This document shows positions 29,400 to 39,906 of a stretch of DNA of 64,000 nucleotides, in pieces. A program made the translations under genes and the position numbers. The DNA lies in the NCBI GenBank assembly GCA_963667015.2, contig CAXXJJ010000004.1:3968001-4032000 (forward strand), written 5' to 3'. This DNA is from Desulfatiglandales bacterium (GTDB lineage: Bacteria > Desulfobacterota > DSM-4660 > Desulfatiglandales > HGW-15). The notes below the pieces were generated by a model. It was not told the DNA's origin. It made no database searches and saw only the letters and a list, made by a program, of their open reading frames with translations. Numbering within the stretch: the stretch's first letter is position 1; every line of letters begins with the position of its first letter.

Positions 29400-30503
29400 T
29401 TAGAACTTTATTACAAAGTCAGCCTGTATGATGTCCTGTGTATTGTCACCATCTATTGGTTCAGCATTATAGTAATCAAGAGCAAAAGAAACATGTTTGG
29501 TCAATCCAAATTTAAGCTCAACTTCCATTCCCTCGACACCTGTTGCTCCGCCATAAAAATCACTGTCTGGTAAAAAGTCAAGCCAGGCATCCTTCTCAAG
29601 GTGTCTGTAGTTTACCTTGAGTTCCCAGCTTTTTAAGGTGTTAAGGCTTTTGTCTCCAATTTTGAAACCGTAAAGATATCCTGTATTATCATTGTCTGCA
29701 TCGGAATCCACATACTGCCCAAATACATTTACATATTCCAGGAAATCCCCTTTAATTTTAAAACCGAGGTCTACATCAAGGGTTGTTGCCTTATAATCAT
29801 ACATCCAGAGTGTATCGCCTTCCACTGTAACAGTTGAGTTTCCCCCTCCTGAAAATTCAGAAAAGTCATTACCTGCAATATTGTTGAAGTCATAATATGC
29901 AGCAGCTAATTTAAGGCCAACAGTGTCACTGATTTTCCAGTCAATTCCTGGCTGCAAAAATATCATTGCCGGATCATCTTCTGTCCCTTTGTATTCATCG
30001 ATCATAAAATATCCAGGAGTGATAAATAATTTAACATTATCATTTATCTTATAATTAAATTCTGCTGCAATACCTTCGGGCATTATATCACCGTCCCACA
30101 AAAGATCCTTTGTTCCCCAAATGGGGTTTTTTATCTTGCCGCCCATTATGCTGAACATTTTGCTGGGATTGTACTTGATATATGCATAATCCACTACCAC
30201 GCCAATTGAAGAAAACTGGCTGTCCAGAGTGGCGTTGGTTGACCTGGGATCATCCCCTCCTGTTGCAAAGCCGATTGCTGTTTCCCAATTTTCATCCGGT
30301 TTGGCAGAAATTTCTGCCCTGGCCCGAACTCTGTATCTGTCTCTTGAAACATCAGAGCTGTCCTTTTCTTCTGTCTGATAACGAAATCTTACATCCCCTT
30401 TAAGTTTAATTGTGTCTGTCCAGCCTTCAGCGTAAATCGAACCTGAACATGTAAAAAGAACTGCAGTTGATAAAAGTGTTGTAACAAAAGATTTTATTTT
30501 CAT
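29400..30503 (-). CDS. Putative outer-membrane porin
   Basis: Signal peptide, KGDVRFRYQ, DPRSTN, WDGDIMPEG, C-terminal QADFVIKF beta-signal. Confidence 0.85.
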   Translation of the reverse strand: MKIKSFVTTLLSTAVLFTCSGSIYAEGWTDTIKLKGDVRFRYQTEEKDSSDVSRDRYRVRARAEISAKPDENWETAIGFATGGDDPRSTNATLDSQFSSIGVVVDYAYIKYNPSKMFSIMGGKIKNPIWGTKDLLWDGDIMPEGIAAEFNYKINDNVKLFITPGYFMIDEYKGTEDDPAMIFLQPGIDWKISDTVGLKLAAAYYDFNNIAGNDFSEFSGGGNSTVTVEGDTLWMYDYKATTLDVDLGFKIKGDFLEYVNVFGQYVDSDADNDNTGYLYGFKIGDKSLNTLKSWELKVNYRHLEKDAWLDFLPDSDFYGGATGVEGMEVELKFGLTKHVSFALDYYNAEPIDGDNTQDIIQADFVIKF

Positions 30504-30647
30504 GTAAAATTCTCCCCAAAAATTAATATTTATAAAACCTAAACTATATAAATCCTTTCTCTTTAAAACGTTTCCTCCCTAAGAAAGAATTTATCATCAA
30601 TTAAGATGGCATTTTGTGCTTCAAATGTTTTGAAAAAATAAGGTTAT

Positions 30648-30664
30648 TGTTAGAAATATATTAG
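30648..30664 (-). promoter_or_regulatory. Putative PhoB-binding repeats upstream of the porin
   Basis: TGTTAG 30648, TATTAG 30659. Confidence 0.55.
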
Positions 30665-30752
30665 AAATATATTTTCGTAATAGTAATCTATCATAATTGT
30701 GTGCGGTAATGACTTTCAGAACGATTGTTTTTTAACCTTTAAAAACCCACTA

Positions 30753-31343
30753 TCACTTCTTTTTCATATATTCTGCAGAAACCCAGTTTCCGCCACTTTC
30801 AACCCGCTTTATAATATTAGGCACCATCTTTTGAATATCCTCACGCAAAAATTTTCTGATGATAAAAGCGGGAATTAAAACACCTGCATCAACATAGTTT
30901 GAATAGTGAACAACTGATCCCTGTTTACTTACATGATCCGGTTCAATAAACCAGTATCCGGAAACTTCCCGCAGCGGACCATCAACAAGGTTCCACTCTA
31001 TCCTTCTGTTTCTGTTATCCATAATTCGTTTCATTACTATATCTCCGCTCAACAACCCTCTGCTTCCGATAAATTTAACAATCTGATAACCTTCCCCGCT
31101 CTCTAAAACCTCAACCTTTGCAGCCCCTGGCATAAACTCGGTAAACGCCTCAACATTACGCAATGTTTGATACACCTTTTCAGGATCCGCATTCAGGACA
31201 AAAAGAGATGTTACGGCCTTTTTGCCATCATCTCTTTTTTCTTTTGTAATAATAAGGTTTCCATCATCTGCTTCTAGTGCCCTGCAGGGAAGCAATGGCA
31301 AAGACAAGAAAAATACAAAAATATAGAGATAAAAATATTTCAT
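30753..31343 (-). CDS. Secreted SRPBCC/START-fold (polyketide cyclase-like) protein
   Basis: Signal peptide; ADPEKVYQTL...FTEFMP, WNLVDGPL...GYW. Confidence 0.75.
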   Translation of the reverse strand: MKYFYLYIFVFFLSLPLLPCRALEADDGNLIITKEKRDDGKKAVTSLFVLNADPEKVYQTLRNVEAFTEFMPGAAKVEVLESGEGYQIVKFIGSRGLLSGDIVMKRIMDNRNRRIEWNLVDGPLREVSGYWFIEPDHVSKQGSVVHYSNYVDAGVLIPAFIIRKFLREDIQKMVPNIIKRVESGGNWVSAEYMKKK

Positions 31344-31401
31344 AAAAATTCATGATCTCCCTGATCTATTATGTGATTAACGGGATATTTAAGTCATGAT
31401 T

Positions 31402-31512
31402 TTTTAATTTAATATTAGGAACACAAGAAATTTTTGTTAGCTGATCGTTTTCCTCAACCAGGTACATATAAAGCTAATGAACTTCTAATCATTTTTTACC
31501 TTTGAGTTAACA
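31402..31512. promoter_or_regulatory. Divergent putative PhoB-binding arrays
   Basis: TATTAG 31413, TGTTAG 31435 (minus); CTAATG 31474, CTAATC 31485, TTAACA 31507 (plus), each set in 11-bp register. Confidence 0.6.
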
Positions 31513-31584
31513 TTTTCAGATTAAATAATTCGGGAGACTTAAGAAAGTACAGAAATTTTCCATATATAAATACCGAGGTAATAA

Positions 31585-33435
31585 ATGGCTAATTCCGAAA
31601 ATATTCTAAACACTTCTCTTTCACGATTATACGGATCGGATAACCCTTTTAAAAGGGCACTATCAGGACTTGCCCTGTCTTCTCTTGACAGGTTATTGTC
31701 TCTACCGACAATAAGAGGATACTACCATAGCCTTCCGCAAACAAAGGACCCCTTTGACTTTATTAACACAGCCCTTGATAAACTTGATATAGGTTATTCC
31801 CCCCAGTCAAACCAGAAAAGGACAATACCTGACTCCGGTCCATTAATTGTTGTTGCAAATCACCCCTTTGGCGGCATTGACGGCCTGGTGCTCGCCTCAA
31901 TTATTTCACAGGTGCGCCGGGATATTCGAATCCTCGCAAACCATTATCTTGGCCTTTTTCCGGAACTTGAACCTATATTATTTCCAGTGGACCCCTTTGG
32001 AAACAGATCTTCCACAAATAAAAATGCCAGATCAATGCTCAAGGCTGCATCCTGGGTAAAAGACGGAGGGATTCTTATTCTCTTTCCCGCCGGGGAGGTA
32101 TCACATTTTTCAATATCAAAAAAGATTATAACAGACCCGCCATGGCATAACACCATCGCAAGGTTGGTGCATCTGACAAAATCTCCCGTGCTTCCCTTTT
32201 TCTTTCATGGAAAAAACAGTGCTCTCTTCCATATTGCCGGCCTTATTCACCCCCGTCTCAGAACAGCGCTGCTTCCAAGGGAACTGCTGAAAAAAAGATC
32301 TGTGAATATTCACTACAAAATAGGGAACCCTATACCTTATAAAAGGCTTTCGGATATTAAAGATATCAATAACCTTACATCCTATGTTCGCTTTCGAACG
32401 GAACTGCTTGGAAAATCCAACAACAGGAACAATAAAATTCTCACATTCCCAATGATTGACAGGTTTAAAAAAAAGGAAATGCCTGTAACCTCCTCTGAGG
32501 ATCATGATTTTTTAATAAAAGAGATGACCATGCTGCCAGCGGACCAGAAACTTGTTCGGAACGGCGATTTCTCTGTCTATTGGGCGCGATGCACTCAGAT
32601 CCCCCGTATACTTCATGAGATTGGACGCCTGCGTGAACTGACTTTTCGGGGAACAGGAGAAGGGACCGGTAACAGCATAGACCTTGACCGCTTTGACCAT
32701 ACCTACATCCACATAATTCTATGGAATGAAAAAAACCGCGAAATCGTGGGCTCATACAGGATTGGCAGGACAGATGAAATCCTTGCCAGGGAAGGAAAAA
32801 GAGGTCTCTATACATATACTCTATTTAAATACCGCGATTCATTTTTAAATAACCTGGGCCCGGCACTGGAAATGGGCAGAACCTTCATACGTGAAGAGTA
32901 TCAGAAGAGCTATTCCGCCCTGCTTCTCCTATGGAAAGGGATTGGACAATACGTAGTCAAAAATAAAAAATACAGATACCTGTTCGGTGCGGTCAGCATA
33001 TCAAAGAATTACCAGTCCTATTCTAAAAAACTGATGGTATCTTTCCTCGAAATGAATCATGGAATGCCAAGTCTTTCTAAAATGATTAAACCCAGAACTC
33101 CATTCCGGATAACAATCTCCCGGGCAGGGTTAAACCGTGTTTTAAAATGGAGCAACGATATAGATGAGGTTTCATCCTGGGTCTCAGGCATAGAAAAGGA
33201 TGATAAGGGTGTGCCGGTTCTTCTGAGGCAATACCTCAAGCTTGGAGGTAAAATACTCTGCTTTAATGTTGATCAGAATTTCAATGATGTACTTGACGGA
33301 CTTATATTTATTGACCTTCTTGAATCCGATGAAAAAACTCTTGCACGCTATTTTGGAGAAACCGGATTAAAAAGTTTCCTGGCATATCACTCCGGTATAA
33401 AGAATGCTCCGGAGAAGATATTTCTGGTGGCATAA
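31585..33435 (+). CDS. Bifunctional acyltransferase + GNAT, OlsF-like ornithine/amino-lipid synthase
   Basis: NHPFGGIDG and FPAGEVS (PlsC-type); EIGRLRELTFR...DLDRFD, LEMGRTF, PVLLRQYL (GNAT). Confidence 0.82.
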   Translation: MANSENILNTSLSRLYGSDNPFKRALSGLALSSLDRLLSLPTIRGYYHSLPQTKDPFDFINTALDKLDIGYSPQSNQKRTIPDSGPLIVVANHPFGGIDGLVLASIISQVRRDIRILANHYLGLFPELEPILFPVDPFGNRSSTNKNARSMLKAASWVKDGGILILFPAGEVSHFSISKKIITDPPWHNTIARLVHLTKSPVLPFFFHGKNSALFHIAGLIHPRLRTALLPRELLKKRSVNIHYKIGNPIPYKRLSDIKDINNLTSYVRFRTELLGKSNNRNNKILTFPMIDRFKKKEMPVTSSEDHDFLIKEMTMLPADQKLVRNGDFSVYWARCTQIPRILHEIGRLRELTFRGTGEGTGNSIDLDRFDHTYIHIILWNEKNREIVGSYRIGRTDEILAREGKRGLYTYTLFKYRDSFLNNLGPALEMGRTFIREEYQKSYSALLLLWKGIGQYVVKNKKYRYLFGAVSISKNYQSYSKKLMVSFLEMNHGMPSLSKMIKPRTPFRITISRAGLNRVLKWSNDIDEVSSWVSGIEKDDKGVPVLLRQYLKLGGKILCFNVDQNFNDVLDGLIFIDLLESDEKTLARYFGETGLKSFLAYHSGIKNAPEKIFLVA

Positions 33436-33490
33436 GGTTCTATATCACACAGCAGGGAAACTGTAACCCGTATGACTTCCTGTAATTTTC

Positions 33491-33856
33491 TCAGCATGAT
33501 GCCTCCATTGGCCTTATTTCATTCTCTCTCTGACAGGTAATACATAACCTCGCAAATGGAACGGCCATAAGTCGCTTTTTAGATATCCTTTCGCTGCAAC
33601 CTTCACATATTCCATAGGTTCCTCTATGCAGGCGTTTCAGGGCGTCTTTAAAGCCATCTATTTTTAAGTTGTTCTTCTCAAGCAGTAAAATTGTAATATT
33701 GCTGTTATGAGTCCATGCCGCCTGATCAAGAAGATCTGAAAGCTTTTCATGCTCATCTACCTTTATTGATTCAAGAACAGCGTTGTTGTCGATGGTTTCA
33801 TTCATTTTTTTTAAAAGAAGGTCTTTAAAATAGATTTGTTCTTTATCCTGCAGCAT
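33491..33856 (-). CDS. DksA/TraR C4-type zinc-finger protein
   Basis: DLLDQA coiled-coil tip; YGICEGC...RLMAVPFARLCITC. Confidence 0.9.
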   Translation of the reverse strand: MLQDKEQIYFKDLLLKKMNETIDNNAVLESIKVDEHEKLSDLLDQAAWTHNSNITILLLEKNNLKIDGFKDALKRLHRGTYGICEGCSERISKKRLMAVPFARLCITCQRENEIRPMEASC

Positions 33857-34044
33857 AGCAAAATATTCCTTTCACTTCGTTATTTTATTCATAATCAATC
33901 ACACCACATTTATTTTACAGATGATTATTAGAACAGTATTGCAATAACGTTATAGTTGGGTTTATTGATAGAAAGCGATCTTTACAAATCTTACAAATCA
34001 ATAATAATTCATTAATATTAACCTAATATCATTTTTTTAAATTC

Positions 34045-34190
34045 TTAATTAGTGCCCATCCAAAAACTGTCGTTTTTGAATAGCCGCGGTCAGCTTTTGG
34101 CTAAATGCTTTTAAAGCAGAGCTTTAGCTGACGGCTGATAGCTGAATGCTCCATCCGGTTTTTTGTTATTTCTGGATGGACACTAATTAA
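34045..34190. mobile_element. MITE-like element with terminal inverted repeats
   Basis: TTAATTAGTGCCCATCCA ... TGGATGGACACTAATTAA (1 mismatch); internal CAGC/GCTG repeats; non-coding. Confidence 0.7.
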
Positions 34191-34233
34191 TAATAAAATC
34201 TATTGGATGTTTTTCAGTGAAAAGGAGAAGGTT

Positions 34234-34635
34234 ATGAATAGTAAGATAATGATTGTAGACGATGAGGAGCATATTCGCTTTTTATACTCTGAGGAGCTTG
34301 AGGGTGAAGGATACCATGTGGTTACCCTATCTAATGGATTCAGGCTCCTTGAAAAAATTGCAAGAGAAAGACCCGATCTGGTTGTTCTCGATATCCGAAT
34401 GAGAGATTATGATGGACTTGATCTTTTACAGGATATCAAAAACAGATTTTATCATATGCCGGTTGGTCTCTGTTCTGCATATGATTCTTACAGAGAAGAT
34501 ATGAAATCAGTTGCAGCTGACTTCTATGTTGTAAAATCTTATGATTTAGATGAGCTAAAAAACAATATCGCGAAAACTCTGAATATTTATAATCAAAACA
34601 ATCAGGTAAAAAACAGGTTGTCTGCATTTGCTTGA
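34234..34635 (+). CDS. Single-domain response regulator
   Basis: IMIVDDE, DLVVLDIRM, SAY, VVKS. Confidence 0.9.
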   Translation: MNSKIMIVDDEEHIRFLYSEELEGEGYHVVTLSNGFRLLEKIARERPDLVVLDIRMRDYDGLDLLQDIKNRFYHMPVGLCSAYDSYREDMKSVAADFYVVKSYDLDELKNNIAKTLNIYNQNNQVKNRLSAFA

Positions 34636-34775
34636 TCCTTTTATTTAGATACCCGATTATTCTTTGGTGTTTATCGTTATAATGATTCTTTTTTAGTTTA
34701 CCATGAATGATACACGACACTATTAACCCTTACTGTTATTTTACTCTTGCTAATCACGCTAGTCTTAAATCAACA

Positions 34776-35201
34776 CTATTTGCTAAGCTCTTCTTCTATA
34801 TTTTCCACAAAAGTCTTTATCTCATCTCTGACTTTTCTGTAGTGATTTAAGGCTTCTTCGGCATTCTGTGTCCCCTCGGCAAGCTTTGGTGGATCATCAA
34901 AGCCTCTGTGTAGCAGTTTTGTCTTTGCAGGAAAAAATGGACATGCTTCATTTGCGTTATCACAAAGAGTAACTACATAATCGAATTCCATATTTCCCAG
35001 AGACGCTATGTCCTTTGATTTTTGCCCGGAGATATTTATGCCAATTTCGGACATAACTTTTTCAGCCCTCGGATCGACACCTTTTGGTGAAATACCAGCA
35101 GAGTATCCCTCAAAATCATCTGTTTTAATAGCATTTGTCAATGCCTCAGCCATCTGACTCCGGCACGAATTACCAGTACATAAAAAAAGAATCTTTTTCA
35201 T
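34776..35201 (-). CDS. arsC: Arsenate reductase (LMW-PTP type)
   Basis: FLCTGNSCRSQMAE, CPFFP, FDDP. Confidence 0.93.
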   Translation of the reverse strand: MKKILFLCTGNSCRSQMAEALTNAIKTDDFEGYSAGISPKGVDPRAEKVMSEIGINISGQKSKDIASLGNMEFDYVVTLCDNANEACPFFPAKTKLLHRGFDDPPKLAEGTQNAEEALNHYRKVRDEIKTFVENIEEELSK

Positions 35202-35212
35202 TTTTACTCCTT

Positions 35213-35834
35213 TTATTGTTTACATGTCATGTGGCATATTCCTGTTGGAGTTTTGACCGCATAAGGAAAATATATTTTCTTGAACAAAAGCGCAATAAGC
35301 GTGATGGGACTGATCTTTGGAATAAATTTGTTTTCATACCATTCTTTTCCTTTTGTGTTAAGTCCGATAACACGGGAAATTATTCCAGCGAGGAATGGAA
35401 TTCCCAGATAGATAAAAACGCTTTCTGCGATCTGTCCAATAGATATATTTACAACCATTCCTTTTAGGCCTAACCATTGTGGGACAACTGTTATAAATAT
35501 ATAGGCATAAACAGAAAAAAATAAAACTTGAAATATAGAGTTAAATGCAACAAGGCCGGCGCAGTATTCCGTGTCACCCGATGCAAGGTCATTCCAGACA
35601 ATTACCATTGCAATACAACGGGCAAGGCCAATAAGGATAAGACCTACCATGTATTCGTGATGCCCGGATAAAAAGGTGACTGCCAGTAAAAACATTAAGA
35701 TCGGTCCGATAATCCAGTTCTGGATCAAAGAAAGAAAAAGCACTTTAAAATTACGGAATACCTGCCCAAGCTCTTCATATTTGACCTTTGCAAGGGGAGG
35801 GTACATCATTAAAATAAGTCCAATTCCAATCGGT
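35213..35834 (-). pseudogene. acr3: Acr3 arsenite efflux permease fragment
   Basis: [27 protein letters not shown]-terminus missing, and the last TM helices are deleted before the C-terminal tail. Confidence 0.85.
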
Positions 35835-35918
35835 AATTAAATTAATTAATATCTTTTAGAGTTTCATGCTAACTTAAAACCTTCTCCATCACATAATAAG
35901 TATCCGTGTTATCCACCG

Positions 35919-36244
35919 CTAGGTTAAGGTAATCACTGCCGGGTCCCTGGCTGACTGGTCAGAAACGATAATATATCCGGTTTTGTTGCCTTCACTATAT
36001 ATGGAAATACCCTCATGATCTTTAGTGAAACCCTCTGTCGCAAATAAAGCCCGTTGCTTATTGCCTTTTACTAGGTCTGCATAATATTTTCGTACTCCTA
36101 CACCTTCATCAGAATAGTAGATATAGCCGAGTGTATCATCGACGGCAATAGCTTCAATTTCCTTTTTACCGCTGAACTCACCGAATTTACGAACAAGGGT
36201 TGCCTTTACCATTCCCAAATCATCATGAAGAAGATACTGCCAGA
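35919..36244 (-). pseudogene. Beta-propeller phytase internal fragment
   Basis: KEIEAIAVDD...YYSDEGVGVRKY...DHEGISIY...IIVSDQ; only ~105 aa present. Confidence 0.75.
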
Positions 36245-36247
36245 ATT

Positions 36248-36275
36248 TTAACAATTTTCTAACAATAATTTAACA
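36248..36275 (+). promoter_or_regulatory. Putative PhoB-binding repeats
   Basis: TTAACA 36248, CTAACA 36259, TTAACA 36270. Confidence 0.65.
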
Positions 36276-36315
36276 TTTGTATTTTAATATTGAATAAAAA
36301 ACTTGGAGTTTAAGT

Positions 36316-36510
36316 ATGATTATATCTCTTTATATATTGACTTTGGTCTGGATTGCCTCTGTTTTTTCCTTTGCAAGGTTAAGAATATCATTATCCGGCA
36401 AGAATGCTGCGTTTATTAAGGCACACAAAGATTGGATTTGTATAACATACCTGCGTATAAGCGGTATTTTTATACTTTTTGTAATTATTGCACTTATCAA
36501 CCGATATTAA
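36316..36510 (+). CDS. Small two-TM membrane protein
   Basis: RBS GGAG, two hydrophobic segments, Pho-type repeats upstream. Confidence 0.55.
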   Translation: MIISLYILTLVWIASVFSFARLRISLSGKNAAFIKAHKDWICITYLRISGIFILFVIIALINRY

Positions 36511-36524
36511 AACAATGGATTTTT

Positions 36525-37181
36525 CTACTGTTTCTTGTGCCGCGGAATTACCCCTTCAATAAGATAAATTACCTCTTCCGCAATATTCGTAGCATGGTCG
36601 GCAATTCTTTCAAGGTGGTGTGATACTGAGAAAATATGTATTAATGATCCAACCCTTTCCGGGTTGTCAGGTATAACTATTTTTACCTTCTCAAAAAAAC
36701 CTCTGTCCAGTTCATCAACCTCATCATCCTTGAGACGTACCCTGTAGGCAAGGTCAATATCAAGGGATACAAGGGCATCAAGGCTGTCCTTAAGCATTTT
36801 TATAGTCTTTTCCGACATTTCTTTATAGTCAAAGGAGATATCCAAAGAGGGGCGGGTTCCCAGATACATTACCCTTTCAGCAATATTTACAGCCTCGTCG
36901 CCAATTCTTTCAAGATCATTATTTATCTTTATTACTGCTGTAATAAAACGAAGATCCACTGCCACAGGCTGGTGCAGTGCCAGTATTTTAAGGCACTCCT
37001 CTTCAACTTCAACCTCAATCTCATCAACCCTTTTATCTACTTTTATCACCTTTTCTGCAATATCAAGATCCTTTGTCTCAAGGGCCTTAATTGCCAAATT
37101 GACCTGTTCTTCCACCATTGCTCCAAGCGAAAGAATCTGTTTTTTTAAATTATCGATTTCAATCTGTAAACGGGGTGGCAT
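36525..37181 (-). CDS. phoU: Phosphate signalling protein PhoU
   Basis: QPVAVDLR, DLERIGD, LERIADHATNIAE. Confidence 0.96.
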   Translation of the reverse strand: MPPRLQIEIDNLKKQILSLGAMVEEQVNLAIKALETKDLDIAEKVIKVDKRVDEIEVEVEEECLKILALHQPVAVDLRFITAVIKINNDLERIGDEAVNIAERVMYLGTRPSLDISFDYKEMSEKTIKMLKDSLDALVSLDIDLAYRVRLKDDEVDELDRGFFEKVKIVIPDNPERVGSLIHIFSVSHHLERIADHATNIAEEVIYLIEGVIPRHKKQ

Positions 37182-37240
37182 TTATATCTCCTCGAAATAT
37201 TTCTAAAAATATCTATATACACTATTACTTTTAATTCGTA

Positions 37241-38002
37241 TTACCCGAACCTTCCGGTAATATAGTCGGACGTCTGCTTTAGCTCAGGTCGGGTAAACAG
37301 GGTATCTGTTTCATTAAACTCTATGAGTTTTCCCAGATAAAAAAAGGCTGTCATATCGGAAACCCTGGCAGCCTGCTGCATATTGTGAGTAACGATAATT
37401 ATTGTATAGGTTTCCTTAAGCTGGTGAATAAGTTCTTCAATCTTTTGTGTGGCAATCGGATCCAGCGCTGAGGCCGGTTCATCCATAAGAAGGACTTCCG
37501 GTTCAACGGCCATTGCACGTGCAATACACAACCTCTGCTGCTGCCCGCCTGACAGACCCAGGGCGGATTCGTTTAGCCTGTCTTTGACCTCATCCCACAG
37601 GGCCGCGCCCTTAAGGCTGTTTTCCACCCTTTCCTCTATTGCGCCCCTGTCCTTTAATCCGTTTACCCTCAGGCCGTATGCCACATTTTCAAAAATCGTT
37701 TTTGGAAAGGGGTTGGGTTTTTGAAATACCATTCCTACCCTGCTCCTGAGGGCAACAACATCAACACTGCTGTCATATATGTTTTCCTCATGCAGTAAAA
37801 CCTTTCCTTCTACCCTGCTGTATGGAATCAGATCATTCATTCGATTAAGGCATCTTAAAAGTGTGCTCTTCCCGCATCCTGACGGCCCGATCAGGGCTGT
37901 TACTTTATTTTCATAGAACTCAAGGGATATCCCGTGCAGTGCCTTAAAATCACGGTAAAAGAAATCTACATCCTGAGTCATCATCTTTATTTTATCATTC
38001 AT
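37241..38002 (-). CDS. pstB: Phosphate ABC transporter ATPase
   Basis: [30 protein letters not shown]. Confidence 0.97.
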   Translation of the reverse strand: MNDKIKMMTQDVDFFYRDFKALHGISLEFYENKVTALIGPSGCGKSTLLRCLNRMNDLIPYSRVEGKVLLHEENIYDSSVDVVALRSRVGMVFQKPNPFPKTIFENVAYGLRVNGLKDRGAIEERVENSLKGAALWDEVKDRLNESALGLSGGQQQRLCIARAMAVEPEVLLMDEPASALDPIATQKIEELIHQLKETYTIIIVTHNMQQAARVSDMTAFFYLGKLIEFNETDTLFTRPELKQTSDYITGRFG

Positions 38003-38044
38003 TATCTGCTTTTCCTGCTATATCCAATAGATCTTATTTATTGA

Positions 38045-38914
38045 TTACAACCTTCGTCTCAGTTTCGTTCTGTAAATAATTGCAAGCAGGTTTAAACCAA
38101 GAACAAGTAGGATCAGCACAAGCGCTGTTCCATACTGAAGGTGTCTGGTTGCCTCAATTTCTGTTCCTGCGGTAGCAAGAACATAAATATGATAGGGTAG
38201 CGCCATAATCTCATCAAAGGGTGACGAAGGCAGAGACGGCGTATAAAATACAGCGGCTGTAAACATTATTGGTGCGGTCTCTCCTGCTGCGCGACTTATC
38301 CCGAGTATGGCCCCGGTAAGTATTCCCGGAAGAGCCGTCGGTAAAACAACCCGGTATATGGTCTGCCATTTTGTTGCGCCAAGTCCCAGGGATGCCTCTC
38401 GATAGGTATCCGGCACGTTCCTTAATGCCTCTTCAGATGCCCCTATTATAACAGGTAATGTCATAGCTGCAAGGGTGAGTGCCCCGGAGATTATGCTTAC
38501 TCCAAACCCCAGCCAGACCACAAACAGCGCAAGACCAAAGAGACCAAATACAACCGATGGAACGCCGGCAAGATTATTGATACCAAGCCTTATTATACGT
38601 ACCAGTCTTCCGGATTTTGCGTATTCATTAAGGTATATGGCAGAGGAGACACCGATAGGAAGGGCAATTAAAATAGCGCCAAGGCTTATGATTAATGTTC
38701 CGACAATACAGGGAAATATGCCTCCCTTTGTCATTGAATCATAGGGCGCCTGTGTAAGAAAGGTCCAGTTGATTGCCTTCCAGCCATTAATTACCAGAAA
38801 GAAAACAATTATCAGAAGTGCAATGCCGTTTAAACCGGTAGCTGTTTTAAACAATCCGAATATCAGTGATTGTGTTATTTTCCTGCTTTTTTTTGTTTTT
38901 CTTAAATTATTCAT
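38045..38914 (-). CDS. pstA: Phosphate ABC transporter permease
   Basis: LAGVPSVVFGLFG, RAAGETAP. Confidence 0.95.
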   Translation of the reverse strand: MNNLRKTKKSRKITQSLIFGLFKTATGLNGIALLIIVFFLVINGWKAINWTFLTQAPYDSMTKGGIFPCIVGTLIISLGAILIALPIGVSSAIYLNEYAKSGRLVRIIRLGINNLAGVPSVVFGLFGLALFVVWLGFGVSIISGALTLAAMTLPVIIGASEEALRNVPDTYREASLGLGATKWQTIYRVVLPTALPGILTGAILGISRAAGETAPIMFTAAVFYTPSLPSSPFDEIMALPYHIYVLATAGTEIEATRHLQYGTALVLILLVLGLNLLAIIYRTKLRRRL

Positions 38915-38973
38915 ATACTGAATCTCTAAGCCGGCATTCTAATTTCATTCCGACCCTTTAATAACCACATAGA

Positions 38974-39888
38974 TTAAAGTGTTGCGGCACCTACCTGCCT
39001 GTATCTGTTTGATATATATTCAGCTATCATATTAAAGACCATCGTAAACAGAAAGAGAACAATACCTGTTGCGAAAAGTGCGTAGTAATGATCCCCCCTG
39101 AAGGGCGCCTCTGCCATCTCTGCGGCAATGCTGGCAGGCAAAGGCCTTACCGGATCAAAAATGGATTCTGGTATCATTGCTGCACCACCTGCCACCATGA
39201 GGACAACCATTGTCTCCCCGATAGCTCTGGACATGCCCAGGATTATTGCGGTTGTTATTCCTGATATTGATGCAGGTATGACGACCCTCCAGATCGTCTC
39301 CCAGTGGGTTGCACCAAGGGCAAGGGATGCCTCCTTAAGTTCCTTTGGTACACTGAATATTGCATCCTCACCTATGCTGCATATTGTAGGCACAGACATG
39401 AAGGCCAGCATCAGGGAAGCGTTAAATAGATTAAGGCCGGTGGCGATATTGAATGTATTCTGTAAAAACGGGGCCACAACAACCATTCCGAAAAAGCCTA
39501 TAACAACGGACGGCAGGGCTGCCAGCAGTTCAACAATGGGTTTAACGATCTCTCTGACCTTCTGGGAGGCCGTCTCTGCCAGAAAAAGCGCGGTTAGCAC
39601 ACCAAGCGGAATAGAGATAACCGACGATGTCAATGTTACGGCCAGTGATGCTATAATCAAGGGAAATATGCCAAAATCGGGTGGATCAGATGTCGGATAC
39701 CAGTATTTACCAAAAATAAAGTCTTTTACCGACGCCTTTCCGAATATGGGAAGCCCCTCCATAAAAAGAAAGGCCACGATCAGTCCAAGTGTTACTATCG
39801 AAGCCAGGGCTATAAGAAAAAAGCCGGAACGGACAAGCTTTTCCCTGTTTCTCCGGCTCTTTCCTTTATGATACTTCTTATCATTCAT
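38974..39888 (-). CDS. pstC: Phosphate ABC transporter permease
   Basis: ELLAALPSVV, RAIGETM. Confidence 0.95.
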   Translation of the reverse strand: MNDKKYHKGKSRRNREKLVRSGFFLIALASIVTLGLIVAFLFMEGLPIFGKASVKDFIFGKYWYPTSDPPDFGIFPLIIASLAVTLTSSVISIPLGVLTALFLAETASQKVREIVKPIVELLAALPSVVIGFFGMVVVAPFLQNTFNIATGLNLFNASLMLAFMSVPTICSIGEDAIFSVPKELKEASLALGATHWETIWRVVIPASISGITTAIILGMSRAIGETMVVLMVAGGAAMIPESIFDPVRPLPASIAAEMAEAPFRGDHYYALFATGIVLFLFTMVFNMIAEYISNRYRQVGAATL

Positions 39889-39906
39889 TGGAAACCATTA
39901 TAAATA

